The notes under the pieces are model-generated. The model did not search any database, had not been told where the DNA came from, and saw only the letters and a program-made list of their open reading frames with translations. A stretch of 64,000 bases of DNA from an uncultured Candidatus Saccharibacteria bacterium (GTDB taxonomy: Bacteria; Patescibacteriota; Minisyncoccia; UBA6257; 2-01-FULL-56-20): the NCBI GenBank assembly GCA_964387675.1, contig CAYLWL010000003.1:6436-70435 (forward strand), written 5' to 3'. Shown here one piece after another: positions 38,941-48,775 of the stretch (positions are counted from its first letter, which is position 1; each line of letters opens with the position of its first letter). The position numbers and the translations under genes are program-made.

Positions 38941-40720
38941 CAATGAATCCCCGTGGGGAACAAAACCGAGTTTGAAAAGAGCGGCCTCCGAAGAAAAATC
39001 AATAGGAAGGGGCGTTTTTTGGCTCGTTGGAATAATCGTTCTGGGAATTGCGGCAGCCGGCGCTTATTACTTTTTACAGCCGCAAGGCGCGAATGTGGGA
39101 CTCGACTTTTCTAAGCCAAACCAGGTGCTTCTTGGGGACCCCTTAACGCTTTCCGTTTCCGCCTCGAATTACTCGGACGGCGTTTTAAGGGGGGCGAAAA
39201 TCTCGCTTTTTTTGCCGGAAGGAGTTTCTTTCACGGGACAGCCGCAAAGCCAGCGGGCGATGGAGCAAACATTGGGCGACGTGGGGCCAGGGAGCATCAA
39301 CCAGCAAGGGTTTTCGCTCATCGTCACCAGCGGTCCGAATTCGGTAAAGCGCATAGAAGCGAAATTGATCTATTCCACCGCGGGGAATCCCAATACCCAG
39401 TTCGAGCACGCGCAAAACGTCGATCTTTTGGTGGGACAGCCGGCGGTGAGCGTCAATCTTTCCTCGCCGGAGAATGTATTCAGCGGTGAGGAATTCCAGG
39501 TGCAAATTACGTATCTGAACAACACAGGCCGTGATTTTAAGAACCTGCGCCTGAAGATTGATTATCCGCCGATTTTCGAGTTCAAGAGAAGTTCCATGGC
39601 AACCGAGGATTCGAGCAATAATGTTTGGAGTATTGGCACGCTCACTGCCGGCTCCGGAGGGAATATCTCCGTTACGGGGAGCATCGTCGGTCAGGAAAAA
39701 TCGTTTTTCAGTTTCAACGGGTCGGTGGTCGCCGACTTTTTGGGCGTGACGTATACCATCAATACCCAGTCGGCGAACGTCGCCATTTCTCCGGCGCCGC
39801 TTTCGCTTGGAATCGTTTTGAGTAACGGTTCGGATTATGTCGTCCGCCCCGGAGACATGCTGGATTACGCTTTACAGTTCAAAAACAATTCCGACGTCGC
39901 GATGCAGAATGTCAACATAAAAGCCAAGCTGATCGGGGAAATGTTCGATTTTTCGAGCCTGCAGTCGGGAGCGGCTTTCGATTCTTTGACAAACACGGTT
40001 TCCTGGTCGCCGGCGACGACCGCGGGGCTTTCGAACGTCGCGCCGGGCGCAAGCGGCTCGGTGGATTTCCGCGTTCACGCGAGACAAACGTTCCCCATCA
40101 AATTCATCAGCGACAAAAATTATACTTTAAAAATCCAGGCCCGGATCGAGTCTCCCACGGTGCCGCAGAACACGACGGCGCAAAAAACCGTTTCCGTGGC
40201 CGATGTGGAACATAAGGTGGCCGGCCGGTTGGCGCTCACGGCAGAGGCATACTGGCGGGACGCCGCTTCCGGGATTTTGAACACAGGTCCTTATCCTCCG
40301 AAGGTCAACAAACCGACTCAATATACCGTTCATTGGCGATTGGCGAATTACGCGACTGACGTGTCGAGTATTATCGTTTCCGCTCACCTGCAATCAGGCG
40401 CCCGCTTTACCGGCAAGACGAAAAACACGGGAGGCGGTGTCGTAAATTACGACTCGAACTCCGGCTTGGTCACGTGGAATATCGCCTCCGTGCCGGCAAC
40501 GAAAGGCGTGGTGAGCGCCCCTCTCGAGCAGGTATTCCAAATCGAAGTAACACCTGCTATAAATCAAGTGAACCAGAATATAGTGTTTTTGAGCGAGAGC
40601 AAGGCGGAAGGCAACGACGTGTTTACGGGACTTTCCATAAGCGCGGGCGCGCCGCAACTGGATTCCAATTTGCCGTATGACAAAACGATTGCCGTGTCGG
40701 ACAGAACCGTAAAACAATAA
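38936..40720 (+). CDS. Membrane-anchored protein with tandem Ig-like (DUF11-like) domains
   Basis: TM helix; beta-rich repeats; NTGPYPPKVNKPTQYTVHW. Confidence 0.8.
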   Translation: MPNESPWGTKPSLKRAASEEKSIGRGVFWLVGIIVLGIAAAGAYYFLQPQGANVGLDFSKPNQVLLGDPLTLSVSASNYSDGVLRGAKISLFLPEGVSFTGQPQSQRAMEQTLGDVGPGSINQQGFSLIVTSGPNSVKRIEAKLIYSTAGNPNTQFEHAQNVDLLVGQPAVSVNLSSPENVFSGEEFQVQITYLNNTGRDFKNLRLKIDYPPIFEFKRSSMATEDSSNNVWSIGTLTAGSGGNISVTGSIVGQEKSFFSFNGSVVADFLGVTYTINTQSANVAISPAPLSLGIVLSNGSDYVVRPGDMLDYALQFKNNSDVAMQNVNIKAKLIGEMFDFSSLQSGAAFDSLTNTVSWSPATTAGLSNVAPGASGSVDFRVHARQTFPIKFISDKNYTLKIQARIESPTVPQNTTAQKTVSVADVEHKVAGRLALTAEAYWRDAASGILNTGPYPPKVNKPTQYTVHWRLANYATDVSSIIVSAHLQSGARFTGKTKNTGGGVVNYDSNSGLVTWNIASVPATKGVVSAPLEQVFQIEVTPAINQVNQNIVFLSESKAEGNDVFTGLSISAGAPQLDSNLPYDKTIAVSDRTVKQ

Positions 40721-40721
40721 T

Positions 40722-40889
40722 ATGATGAGCAAGATGCGTTTTTCGGAACCGGCGGTTCGTCTGCTCCTGCGGCAGACGCCCGCCTGGCTCTCGGGCTTCT
40801 CGACCGAGCACAGAGAGAATTCTCTCTGTGCTCGGTACCAAGCCGAGAAGCCCTCCGAGGTCTTCCTCAAAACGCATCTTGCTCATCAT
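40722..40889. repeat. GCTTGGT branched element, copy 3 (reverse orientation)
   Basis: Terminal stem atgatgagcaagatgcgtttt; inner stem gggcttctcg/cgagaagccc; ACCAAGC. Confidence 0.85.
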
Positions 40890-40902
40890 TAGCGCGTAGA
40901 AT

Positions 40903-42219
40903 ATGACGGAGGACATGAAACAAATCAAAGAAGAAAACAATCTAATGGAAAAAGTAGTTTCGCTTTGCAAGAGGCGCGGTTTTATTTTTCCGGGCTCGGA
41001 GATTTATGGCGGCCTTGCGAATTCATGGGATTATGGCCCCTTAGGAGTGGAGCTGAAGAACAACATCAAGCAGCTGTGGTGGAATATGTTCGTCCACAGA
41101 CGGGACGATGTGGTCGGGATTGACGCGGCGCTCATTATGAATCCGAAGGTGTGGGAAGCGAGCGGGCACACAGGAGCCGGTTTTGCGGATCCGCTCATCG
41201 AATGCCGCAAGTGCCATGAGCGTTATCGCCTTGATCAGCTCGAAGAAAAGAAATGTCTTAACTGCGGCGGAAAGGAATTCACGGAACCGAAAATGTTCAA
41301 CATTCTTATGAAAACTTATCTCGGAGCGGTTGAAGGAGACAAATCCGAGGTTTATCTCCGAGGAGAGACCGCGCAAGCGATGTTCGTTGACTTCAAAAAT
41401 ATCCTTGATACCACAAGAAAAACTCTGCCATTCGGTGTCGCGCAAATAGGAAAGGCGTTTCGTAACGAAATCACGCCCGGAAATTTCATTTTCCGCACAC
41501 GCGAATTCGAGCTGATGGAGGTTGAGTATTTCGTCAAGGAGGAAAACTGGGAAAATTACTTCGAATATTGGCGGAAAGAAATGAACGGCTGGCTTAAAGA
41601 AATCGGAGTAGATATGAGAAAGATTCACGAAGTAGAAATTCCGGAAGGAGAACGGGCACACTATTCGAAACGGACGATCGATTTTGAATACGATTATCCT
41701 TTTGGCCAGAAAGAGCTTTACGGACTTGCGTATAGAACCGATTTCGATCTAAAGAACCACTTTAAGGAGCCGCCATACCGCGATCCGGAGACCGGCGGAG
41801 AATTCTGGCCGCACGTCATCGAACCCGCGTTGGGCGTAGACCGCTCGGTTCTTGTTGTTCTTCTCGATGCCTACACGGAGGAAAAAGACCGCGTCGTACT
41901 CAAACTCAAACCTCGCCTCGCGCCGTATAAAGCCGCAGTTTTCCCGCTTCTCGCGAACAAGCCGCAACTCGTGGAGAAGGCTCGTGAAGTATTCCGAAAT
42001 CTGAAGTCCGATCTCCGATATCCGATCGCATGGGACGACCGCGGCAACATCGGTAAGCGTTACTACTCACAAGACGAGATCGGCACGCCTTTTTGTATCA
42101 CAATTGACTTCGATAGTTTGGACAAAAACGACGTTACGGTGAGAGACAGGGATACGGCGAAACAAGAAAGAGTGGCGATAGCCGATCTCAAAGAGTATAT
42201 CTCCGGTAAAATTCGCTAG
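40903..42219 (+). CDS. glyQS: Glycine--tRNA ligase, alpha2 type
   Basis: KRRGFIF, DYGPLG, LRGETAQ, FRNEITP, FRTREF. Confidence 0.96.
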   Translation: MTEDMKQIKEENNLMEKVVSLCKRRGFIFPGSEIYGGLANSWDYGPLGVELKNNIKQLWWNMFVHRRDDVVGIDAALIMNPKVWEASGHTGAGFADPLIECRKCHERYRLDQLEEKKCLNCGGKEFTEPKMFNILMKTYLGAVEGDKSEVYLRGETAQAMFVDFKNILDTTRKTLPFGVAQIGKAFRNEITPGNFIFRTREFELMEVEYFVKEENWENYFEYWRKEMNGWLKEIGVDMRKIHEVEIPEGERAHYSKRTIDFEYDYPFGQKELYGLAYRTDFDLKNHFKEPPYRDPETGGEFWPHVIEPALGVDRSVLVVLLDAYTEEKDRVVLKLKPRLAPYKAAVFPLLANKPQLVEKAREVFRNLKSDLRYPIAWDDRGNIGKRYYSQDEIGTPFCITIDFDSLDKNDVTVRDRDTAKQERVAIADLKEYISGKIR

Positions 42220-42225
42220 ATTCAG

Positions 42226-43488
42226 ATGAAGTTTGTTGTAGAGGGTGGAAAAACTTTGCAAGGTGAAATCGAAGTACGGGGCGCGAAGAACTCTGTGATG
42301 AAAGCGATGGCCTGCTCGCTTCTTTTTGACGAGCCGGTAGTTCTCGAGAATGTGCCCTTGATCGAAGATGTGTTTAGGATGGCAGAGCTTTTGGAGAACC
42401 TGGGCGCGAAGGTAGAAAAAACGGGCGAGCGGAGTTTCCGGCTTGATCCAAGCGCTGCCGAAGGCACCGATTTGAGGAAAGAAATAGCCAAAAGACTGCG
42501 GGCATCGATCGTTATCGCGGGACCGCTCCTCGCGCGCAACAAAAAGGTTTCCTCTCCCCACCCCGGCGGATGCGTGATAGGGAAGAGGCCCATCGATCTG
42601 TTTCTTGATGGCTGGAGGGCTATGGGGGCGAACGTTACGGACGGCGAAGCCGGATTCGAGGTCGAAGCGGAAAAGTTGAAAGGAACGGATTTTACGTTCC
42701 GCGTGGTGAGCGTGACCGGAACGGAAACGTTGATGATGACCGCCGTGCTCGCCGATGGAAAAACGGTCTTGCGGAACGCGGCGATGGAGCCGGAAATTCC
42801 GGCGCTCGCGAAGTTTTTGAATGATTCCGGAGCCGAGATCAGCGGCGCGGGTACGCCGACCGTCGAGATTGTGGGTACGGGAGGACGATTGCTTCGCGCC
42901 AAAAGTCCTTTCCGGATTATTCCCGACAGGATTGAGGCGGGAAGTTTTTTGATACTGGGCGCGGCATTGGGCCGCAACGTGAAGATCAAAAACTGCAACC
43001 CCGAGCATCTTGCTTCTGTTATCGCGACATTGATCAGCGCGGGAGTGCCTATCGGCATCGGGAGAGATTGGATCTCCGTTTCGCGTCCTCCGAAGATTTC
43101 CGCTCTCGATGTGAAAACGAAAGAGTACCCCGGTTTCCCGACCGATTTGCAGGCGCCGATCACCGCGCTGATGACCCAGGCGGAAGGCGAAAGCAAGATC
43201 GTTGAAACCATATTTGAGAATAGGTTTGGGTATATTGAGGACTTAAAACGAATGGGCGCGAATATTATTTTGTGCGATCCACAGAGAATTTTAGTGAAAG
43301 GACCGACGGAACTCCGCGGACGGGAAATAGAAAGCCCGGATTTGCGAGCGGGGCTTGCGTTCGTGATCGCCGCGCTTCTCGCAAAAGGGGGGTCCGTGGT
43401 GAGTAATGTGTATCAAATCGACCGCGGATACGAAAAAATCGACGAGCGGTTGCGTTTGTTGGGAGCAGAGATAAAGAGAGTGGACTGA
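42226..43488 (+). CDS. murA: UDP-N-acetylglucosamine 1-carboxyvinyltransferase
   Basis: GAKNS, PGGCVIGKRP, PDRIEAG, PGFPTDLQ, DLRAG. Confidence 0.97.
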   Translation: MKFVVEGGKTLQGEIEVRGAKNSVMKAMACSLLFDEPVVLENVPLIEDVFRMAELLENLGAKVEKTGERSFRLDPSAAEGTDLRKEIAKRLRASIVIAGPLLARNKKVSSPHPGGCVIGKRPIDLFLDGWRAMGANVTDGEAGFEVEAEKLKGTDFTFRVVSVTGTETLMMTAVLADGKTVLRNAAMEPEIPALAKFLNDSGAEISGAGTPTVEIVGTGGRLLRAKSPFRIIPDRIEAGSFLILGAALGRNVKIKNCNPEHLASVIATLISAGVPIGIGRDWISVSRPPKISALDVKTKEYPGFPTDLQAPITALMTQAEGESKIVETIFENRFGYIEDLKRMGANIILCDPQRILVKGPTELRGREIESPDLRAGLAFVIAALLAKGGSVVSNVYQIDRGYEKIDERLRLLGAEIKRVD

Positions 43489-43635
43489 TTTCTGCGGCAC
43501 TGCTCTTCGGAACCGCGGTTCGCTCGCTCCAGCGGCTCGCGCCCGCTGCCTCTCGGCAATTCGACTCCGACTGCGGTTGGAGACCAAGCTCGAATTGCCT
43601 CCGAGAGCTTCCTCAAAACAGCGCGGCAGAAATCA
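43486..43635. repeat. GCTTGGT branched element, copy 4 (reverse orientation)
   Basis: Inner stem ggcaattcga/tcgaattgcc; TCCAGCG loop; ACCAAGC; tccgagagcttcctc. Confidence 0.85.
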
Positions 43636-43706
43636 ATTTTATAAAAGAAATGAAAGCGGCCGCCAAATTTGGCGGCCGATTATTTATGAAAGAAGCGGGT
43701 TCTTCG

Positions 43707-44396
43707 TTATTGGCTTGGTATTTTCTTCAGTTTTTCAGTCCACTCAAAGTCAAAAACAATCTCAGCGGCTCTTACGTTTTTGACTGCTTCTTCAAGATAG
43801 GTAATAGTTTCTTCCAGCCGTCCATAGCCAATACTTATTGCTCCGGCGGTGAAGTAAAGGTCGTGAAGCTCTTTTGCTTTTTGATATGCATGTTCTCCTT
43901 CGCGGTCGTGAACGGGCTTAACCCCTTTTTCTTCGTAGCCCTCCAGCTTTTTTCTAATCTCCCAGTACTGCCTAAGTAATTTCTTTACTTCTGGGTCAAT
44001 CTCGACATTCCTTGATGAGAGATGTCTGTAGAATCCGGCAAACATTTCTTCTTTGGCAAACCGGATTTCTTTTCGAGCGTCCTCCACATCTCCTTTCGTG
44101 AGAGACTTTTCCGCACGCTCAAGAGCCAACAAACCCCACTTGAGATCGTCTCTGATAATTTCGTCGTAGCCGCTTTTGCCTTGGCCGGGAAATAATCCAT
44201 GCTCCCTGATTGTTTCCCAGACGTCACGCGGGGTACTTCCCTTGACGCCAGTCTCTTTTTGAATTGTCTGTATAAGCTCGGTGATTTCTTTCTGTTCCGG
44301 CGATAGATTTGGTTTTTGCGCAATAGTAGGTTTGTTGTCTCTACAGCCACCCAGACCGAAAGTTACAATCACAATAAGGGCGAGAACTCTTTTCAC
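43707..44396 (-). CDS. Putative lipoprotein, hypothetical
   Basis: Signal peptide with lipobox-like LGGC; GGGGTG SD. Confidence 0.65.
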   Translation of the reverse strand: MKRVLALIVIVTFGLGGCRDNKPTIAQKPNLSPEQKEITELIQTIQKETGVKGSTPRDVWETIREHGLFPGQGKSGYDEIIRDDLKWGLLALERAEKSLTKGDVEDARKEIRFAKEEMFAGFYRHLSSRNVEIDPEVKKLLRQYWEIRKKLEGYEEKGVKPVHDREGEHAYQKAKELHDLYFTAGAISIGYGRLEETITYLEEAVKNVRAAEIVFDFEWTEKLKKIPSQ

Positions 44397-44469
44397 TTGC
44401 CACCCCTTTTATCAAAAACTGGAAACTAATTAGAGTATATAACGAGCTTTTGGCTTGTCTAGGGTGGGT

Positions 44470-44662
44470 GTGAGTGCCGCACCGTTCTGAGGAAGCTCTC
44501 GGAGCTCCGATGGGCTTGGTCTCGAGAGAAGCGAGAGCCATCGGAGCGAGAGGCAGGCCCGATTTGCCGTCCCGACCAGAGGTCGAGGATCCTCGATTCC
44601 GCAAAGCGGAATCGGGACTGGAATAAATCGAGGCCGGTTCCGAATGGCGGTGTGGCACTCAC
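44470..44662. repeat. GCTTGGT branched element, copy 5, with nested CCCGAC palindrome
   Basis: Inner stem gctccgatgg/ccatcggagc; loop CG/CTGGA interrupted by tcccgacc...atcggga. Confidence 0.85.
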
Positions 44663-44706
44663 GTATCATCTTTACATTTCGATTTTTTAGTTTTACACTT
44701 ACCAAG

Positions 44707-45714
44707 ATGTTTACCAAGAAAATAGGCATTGATTTGGGGACCGCGAACACGGTCGTTTTCGTGCCGGGGCGCGGTTTTGTGATCAACGAACCCACTATTG
44801 TGGCTCTTACGAAGCCGGAGAATTCCGTTCTCGCGGTGGGTGTCGAGGCAAAAGAGATGATCGGCCGGACACCGGAGGAGATTGTGGCTTATAGGCCCCT
44901 CAAAGACGGCGTAATCGCGGACTACTACATCACGAAAGCGATGCTCACGTATTTCATCTCGAAGGCGGTCGGCTGGTTCAATATTTTGAAGCCGGATGTT
45001 GTCGTTTCCGTGCCCGCCGGCATCACGCAGACGGAGCGAAGGGCGGTCATCAACGCGTCGCGCGAAGCGGGCGCGAGGAACGCGTTTATCGTCCGGGAAC
45101 CGGTGCTCGCGGCCTTGGGAGCCGGTATTCCCATAAACGCGAGGTCGGGAAACATGATCATCAACATCGGCGGCGGCACGTCCGAGGTGGCGGTGATAGC
45201 GCTCGGCAATATCATCTCATGGACCAGCTTGCGCATCGCCGGCAACAAATTCGATCAGGCGATCAGCGACTATGTGAAGAAGAAATATGCTCTCGCGATC
45301 GGAGAGCAAACGGCCGAAAACGTAAAAATAGAAATCGGGTCTGCCCTGAACACCAAAGATAAAATGGAATATCAGCTTCGCGGCCGCGATTTGATCACCG
45401 GATTGCCGAAGGACATAGTAATCACCTCGAACGAAATCGCGGACGCCCTCAATCCGTTGCTTGTCGAGATCGCGAGCTCGATTCAGAACGTTTTCAATGT
45501 CACTCCGCCGGAACTCGTGGCCGACATTATGGAGAAGGGGATTATTCTTTCCGGTGGCAGTGTCCAGCTTCATCACCTCCCCGAGTTTTTTGAGAGATTC
45601 CTGGGGGTGCAGGCCTATGTGGCGGAAGACCCGCTTTTCTGCGTTGCCAAAGGTACGGGGCTCATCTTAAGCCATTTGGATACCTATAAGCGCACGTTAC
45701 TCAATAAACGATAG
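44707..45714 (+). CDS. mreB: Rod shape-determining protein MreB
   Basis: IGIDLGTANT, RPLKDGVIAD, IGGGTSE. Confidence 0.95.
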   Translation: MFTKKIGIDLGTANTVVFVPGRGFVINEPTIVALTKPENSVLAVGVEAKEMIGRTPEEIVAYRPLKDGVIADYYITKAMLTYFISKAVGWFNILKPDVVVSVPAGITQTERRAVINASREAGARNAFIVREPVLAALGAGIPINARSGNMIINIGGGTSEVAVIALGNIISWTSLRIAGNKFDQAISDYVKKKYALAIGEQTAENVKIEIGSALNTKDKMEYQLRGRDLITGLPKDIVITSNEIADALNPLLVEIASSIQNVFNVTPPELVADIMEKGIILSGGSVQLHHLPEFFERFLGVQAYVAEDPLFCVAKGTGLILSHLDTYKRTLLNKR

Positions 45715-45784
45715 AGCTTTGAGGTGTTAGCTGTTAGCTTTTAGGGGGAATACTAAAAGCTAAAACTTATAAGCTAAAAGCTAA
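45714..45784. repeat. Family G hairpin
   Basis: gagctttgaggtgttagctgttagcttttag ... ctaaaagctaaaacttataagctaaaagctaa. Confidence 0.88.
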
Positions 45785-46611
45785 TGTTAATCGGCCACGA
45801 AAAATCAATCTCTGATCTTAAACGACTCGCAAAGAGCGGGGCGTTGCCGCACGGTTACATTTTTTCCGGTCCATCGATGGTGGGAAAACGCTTGGTTGCG
45901 CTCGGCTTCGCAAATTATCTCGAAACGGGCAAATTCGAAGAAGGGGGTTTATTGCAAGACGCGATTCTTATCCGCCCGGACGAAAAAGGCACCCTGGGAA
46001 TTGACGCTATACGAACGTTAAAAAACTTTTTATGGCAGAAACCGGTATTCAGTTCTCGCCGCGCCGCCATCATCGACGAAGCGGAATTATTAACAACCGA
46101 AGCGCAGAATGCTCTTCTTAAGATCGCCGAGGAGCCGCCACCGTCGACTCTTTTAATTCTCGTGACGAGCGATATCGAAGCATTGGCGCCGACGCTCAGA
46201 TCCCGCCTGTCAAGAATCTATTTTTCTATCGTATCGAAAGGTTCCATTCTGGAGCTTCTTCAAAAAATGGGACTGCCGAAAAAAACGGCCGATGATATAG
46301 CGGAGCGGTCTTTCGGCAAGCCCGGACTGGCTTCTCGGTTGGTGAATGACGACGCGCTCAAGGCCCGATTACAATCCGCGAGTACTCTCTGCAAAGTATC
46401 AGGGGATAAAAGGCGCGCTTTTATTAAGGGTTTGTTGGACGACGAAGAATTTGATTTCAACGCATTTTTGGACGCGATGATCTTGAACATAGTTCCCGAG
46501 GCGAAGCAGAACCCCCAATTTTGGCATCAATTACTCGAACTGCGGGGCAAAGAGGCCTCCTTTAACCTTAATCCGAGATTACAACTGGATAATCTCACCC
46601 GGGATTTATAA
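45784..46611 (+). CDS. holB: DNA polymerase III subunit delta-prime
   Basis: HGYIFSGP..VGK, EAQNALLKIAEEPP, PTLRSR. Confidence 0.88.
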   Translation: MLIGHEKSISDLKRLAKSGALPHGYIFSGPSMVGKRLVALGFANYLETGKFEEGGLLQDAILIRPDEKGTLGIDAIRTLKNFLWQKPVFSSRRAAIIDEAELLTTEAQNALLKIAEEPPPSTLLILVTSDIEALAPTLRSRLSRIYFSIVSKGSILELLQKMGLPKKTADDIAERSFGKPGLASRLVNDDALKARLQSASTLCKVSGDKRRAFIKGLLDDEEFDFNAFLDAMILNIVPEAKQNPQFWHQLLELRGKEASFNLNPRLQLDNLTRDL

Positions 46612-46620
46612 AATAAAAGT

Positions 46621-47184
46621 ATGTCATCTGCGGGAGAAACATACCTGAAAGAGTTGGAGGCAGATTTGAAAGTCGTAGCCGGTAAGCTGGGCGAGGAACT
46701 TAAGATGATTCGCGGCAACCGGCCCTCGGTTGATCTGATCGAGAATATCAAAGTCAGCATCTATGAACAAGAGATGACCGTAAAACAACTCGGTTCCATT
46801 TCCGTTGTGCCGCCGCGAGGGATTCAAATAGCGGTGTGGGACAAAACCGCCGTGGGCGCGGTGATGAAGGCGATCGAAAACGCGAAAATCGGGCTCTCGG
46901 TTTCGAATGACGGGAATAATATTATTGCCAATCTTTCGGCCCTGGGCGATGAGCGGCGCGAGGAGCTCTCGAGGATTGTCAAAAAAACGAGCGAGGGTTT
47001 CAGGATTCAGGTGCGCGCCAGGCGCGATGACGCGATCAAAAAACTTCGCGACTCCGAGGGCGAAAAGGAGATAAGCGAGGACGAAGCATTCAAGGCAAAA
47101 GAGAAGATCCAGAAAGCGGTTGACGAGGCGAATAAGCAGATCGAGTCGGCAGTTGAGGGCAAACTGAGGGAACTCGCAGAGTAA
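46621..47184 (+). CDS. frr: Ribosome recycling factor
   Basis: IRGNRPS, ERREEL, RRDDA, ISEDE. Confidence 0.92.
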   Translation: MSSAGETYLKELEADLKVVAGKLGEELKMIRGNRPSVDLIENIKVSIYEQEMTVKQLGSISVVPPRGIQIAVWDKTAVGAVMKAIENAKIGLSVSNDGNNIIANLSALGDERREELSRIVKKTSEGFRIQVRARRDDAIKKLRDSEGEKEISEDEAFKAKEKIQKAVDEANKQIESAVEGKLRELAE

Positions 47185-47404
47185 AAAGCAGCCATCTTTA
47201 TAGTACTATGCTATAGCATAGTACTATGATCTATCATAGCGCCTCGCAGTGAGGCCGTTGCGCTTTACAACTTTATAAAAAGTGTTCTCTTATTCTCTCA
47301 TTCGCGCGAATTAGCCGAAGAGAAAAAGAAAAATGAAAATCCGCCGCGGTGTTGTTGCGGCGGATTGTGTACGATTTGTGCCGATTCGTTACAACCGAAC
47401 TTCG

Positions 47405-47668
47405 TTACAACCGAACCAAGTCGATGGCATGCAATTCAAGCCATCGCATCATTTCCTGAAGCTTGGACTCAGCTTTAGGGCCGAGCTTGATAGTAGGTGG
47501 AAGACGAGAAAATTGCTCGCTGTCAATTCCTAATTCTTCTAGTATTGCTGATCTGATCTCCCTACGATACGCGTCAAACTGGGATACGTATTGTGAATTG
47601 GGTCCAAAGAAATATATCATTTTTATCTGCATCTGAAGAGCAGAGCAAACATCGGCTAGAGTTGTCAT
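47405..47668 (-). CDS. Small hypothetical protein
   Basis: GGAGGT SD; downstream hairpin 47338-47366; 16-nt tandem duplication across the stop. Confidence 0.5.
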   Translation of the reverse strand: MTTLADVCSALQMQIKMIYFFGPNSQYVSQFDAYRREIRSAILEELGIDSEQFSRLPPTIKLGPKAESKLQEMMRWLELHAIDLVRL

Positions 47669-47735
47669 CCAGCTTACCTCCTCGAGCTTATCTTGTGACT
47701 ATACGAAGAGTGGCATATAAGTTATACTTTTGTCA

Positions 47736-48770
47736 ATGATTATTTTAATCGTCATCGTCGGTCTTTCACTTCTAATTCTCGGCCATGAGGCAGGGCACTT
47801 TTTTGTAGCCAAGCTGTTCAAGTTAAGAGTGGATGAGTTCGGTTTCGGTTTTCCGCCGCGGATGTTTGCCAAGAAGAAAGGCGAGACCGAATACAGTTTC
47901 AACTGGCTGCCGTTTGGAGGATTTGTGAGAATCGCGGGCGAAGACGGAGAGTTCGGTCTCAAAAACGGTGATGGATCAACCGATAAAAACCGTCTCTTCT
48001 TCGCGCAACCGGCCTGGAAAAAAGGCCTCATCATTTTGGCGGGCGTGGCCACGAATTTTGTGCTCGGATGGTTCCTGATCTCCGCGATTTTGATGGTCGG
48101 TATTCCCAAAGCCGTCATCATAAGCTCCGTTCAGCCGGATTCGCCTGCGGCTCGGATAGGGCTGCAACCGGCGGACATCGTGAGCAATTTTTCCACCGCC
48201 AAAGATTTTACTCGTTTCGTGAAGGAACACGCGGGGCAGACGGTGGATCTTGAAATAAAAAGAGGAGATCGGCATCTTACTCTTTCGGTCGTGCCCCGCA
48301 AAGAAACGAAGCCGGGAGAAGGGGCGGTCGGAGTGGTTTTGGTTGACGCCGGAGAAGATCGGCAGGGAATTCTCACCGCGGCCTGGGATGGCCTGCGTCG
48401 GGCGCTTATGATTTCCGGCCTTACGTTCCAATCGCTTTACGAACTGGTCAAAACACTGTTCTTCGACGGGTCGCTTCTTCCGGGAGTCGTGGGGCCGGTC
48501 GGAATTTTCTCGGTCGCCGCGGAAACCGGGAAAATCGGCTTGATCTATTTGGTGCAACTCATCAGTATCATTTCTCTCAATTTGGCCGTGATCAACCTTG
48601 TTCCATTTCCGGCGCTTGACGGCGGAAGGTTCTTGATGATCCTCATAGAGAAAATGAAGGGCTCGCCGATTTCGAGGAAAACCGAGGCGATCGTCAACGC
48701 GACGGGGTTTCTGTTTCTCATCGCCTTGATGATCGCGCTCACCGCGCGTGATGTGGGGAAGTTGTTCTAA
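47736..48770 (+). CDS. rseP: RIP metalloprotease RseP (M50 with PDZ)
   Basis: HEAGH, FGFGFPP, PFGGFV, NLVPFPALDGGR. Confidence 0.92.
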   Translation: MIILIVIVGLSLLILGHEAGHFFVAKLFKLRVDEFGFGFPPRMFAKKKGETEYSFNWLPFGGFVRIAGEDGEFGLKNGDGSTDKNRLFFAQPAWKKGLIILAGVATNFVLGWFLISAILMVGIPKAVIISSVQPDSPAARIGLQPADIVSNFSTAKDFTRFVKEHAGQTVDLEIKRGDRHLTLSVVPRKETKPGEGAVGVVLVDAGEDRQGILTAAWDGLRRALMISGLTFQSLYELVKTLFFDGSLLPGVVGPVGIFSVAAETGKIGLIYLVQLISIISLNLAVINLVPFPALDGGRFLMILIEKMKGSPISRKTEAIVNATGFLFLIALMIALTARDVGKLF

Positions 48771-48775
48771 TCATT

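Noticed and set aside
47385-47416. 16-nt tandem duplication ttcgttacaaccgaac as a target-site duplication
   Set aside because: The copies are adjacent with nothing between them; simple local duplication explains it.
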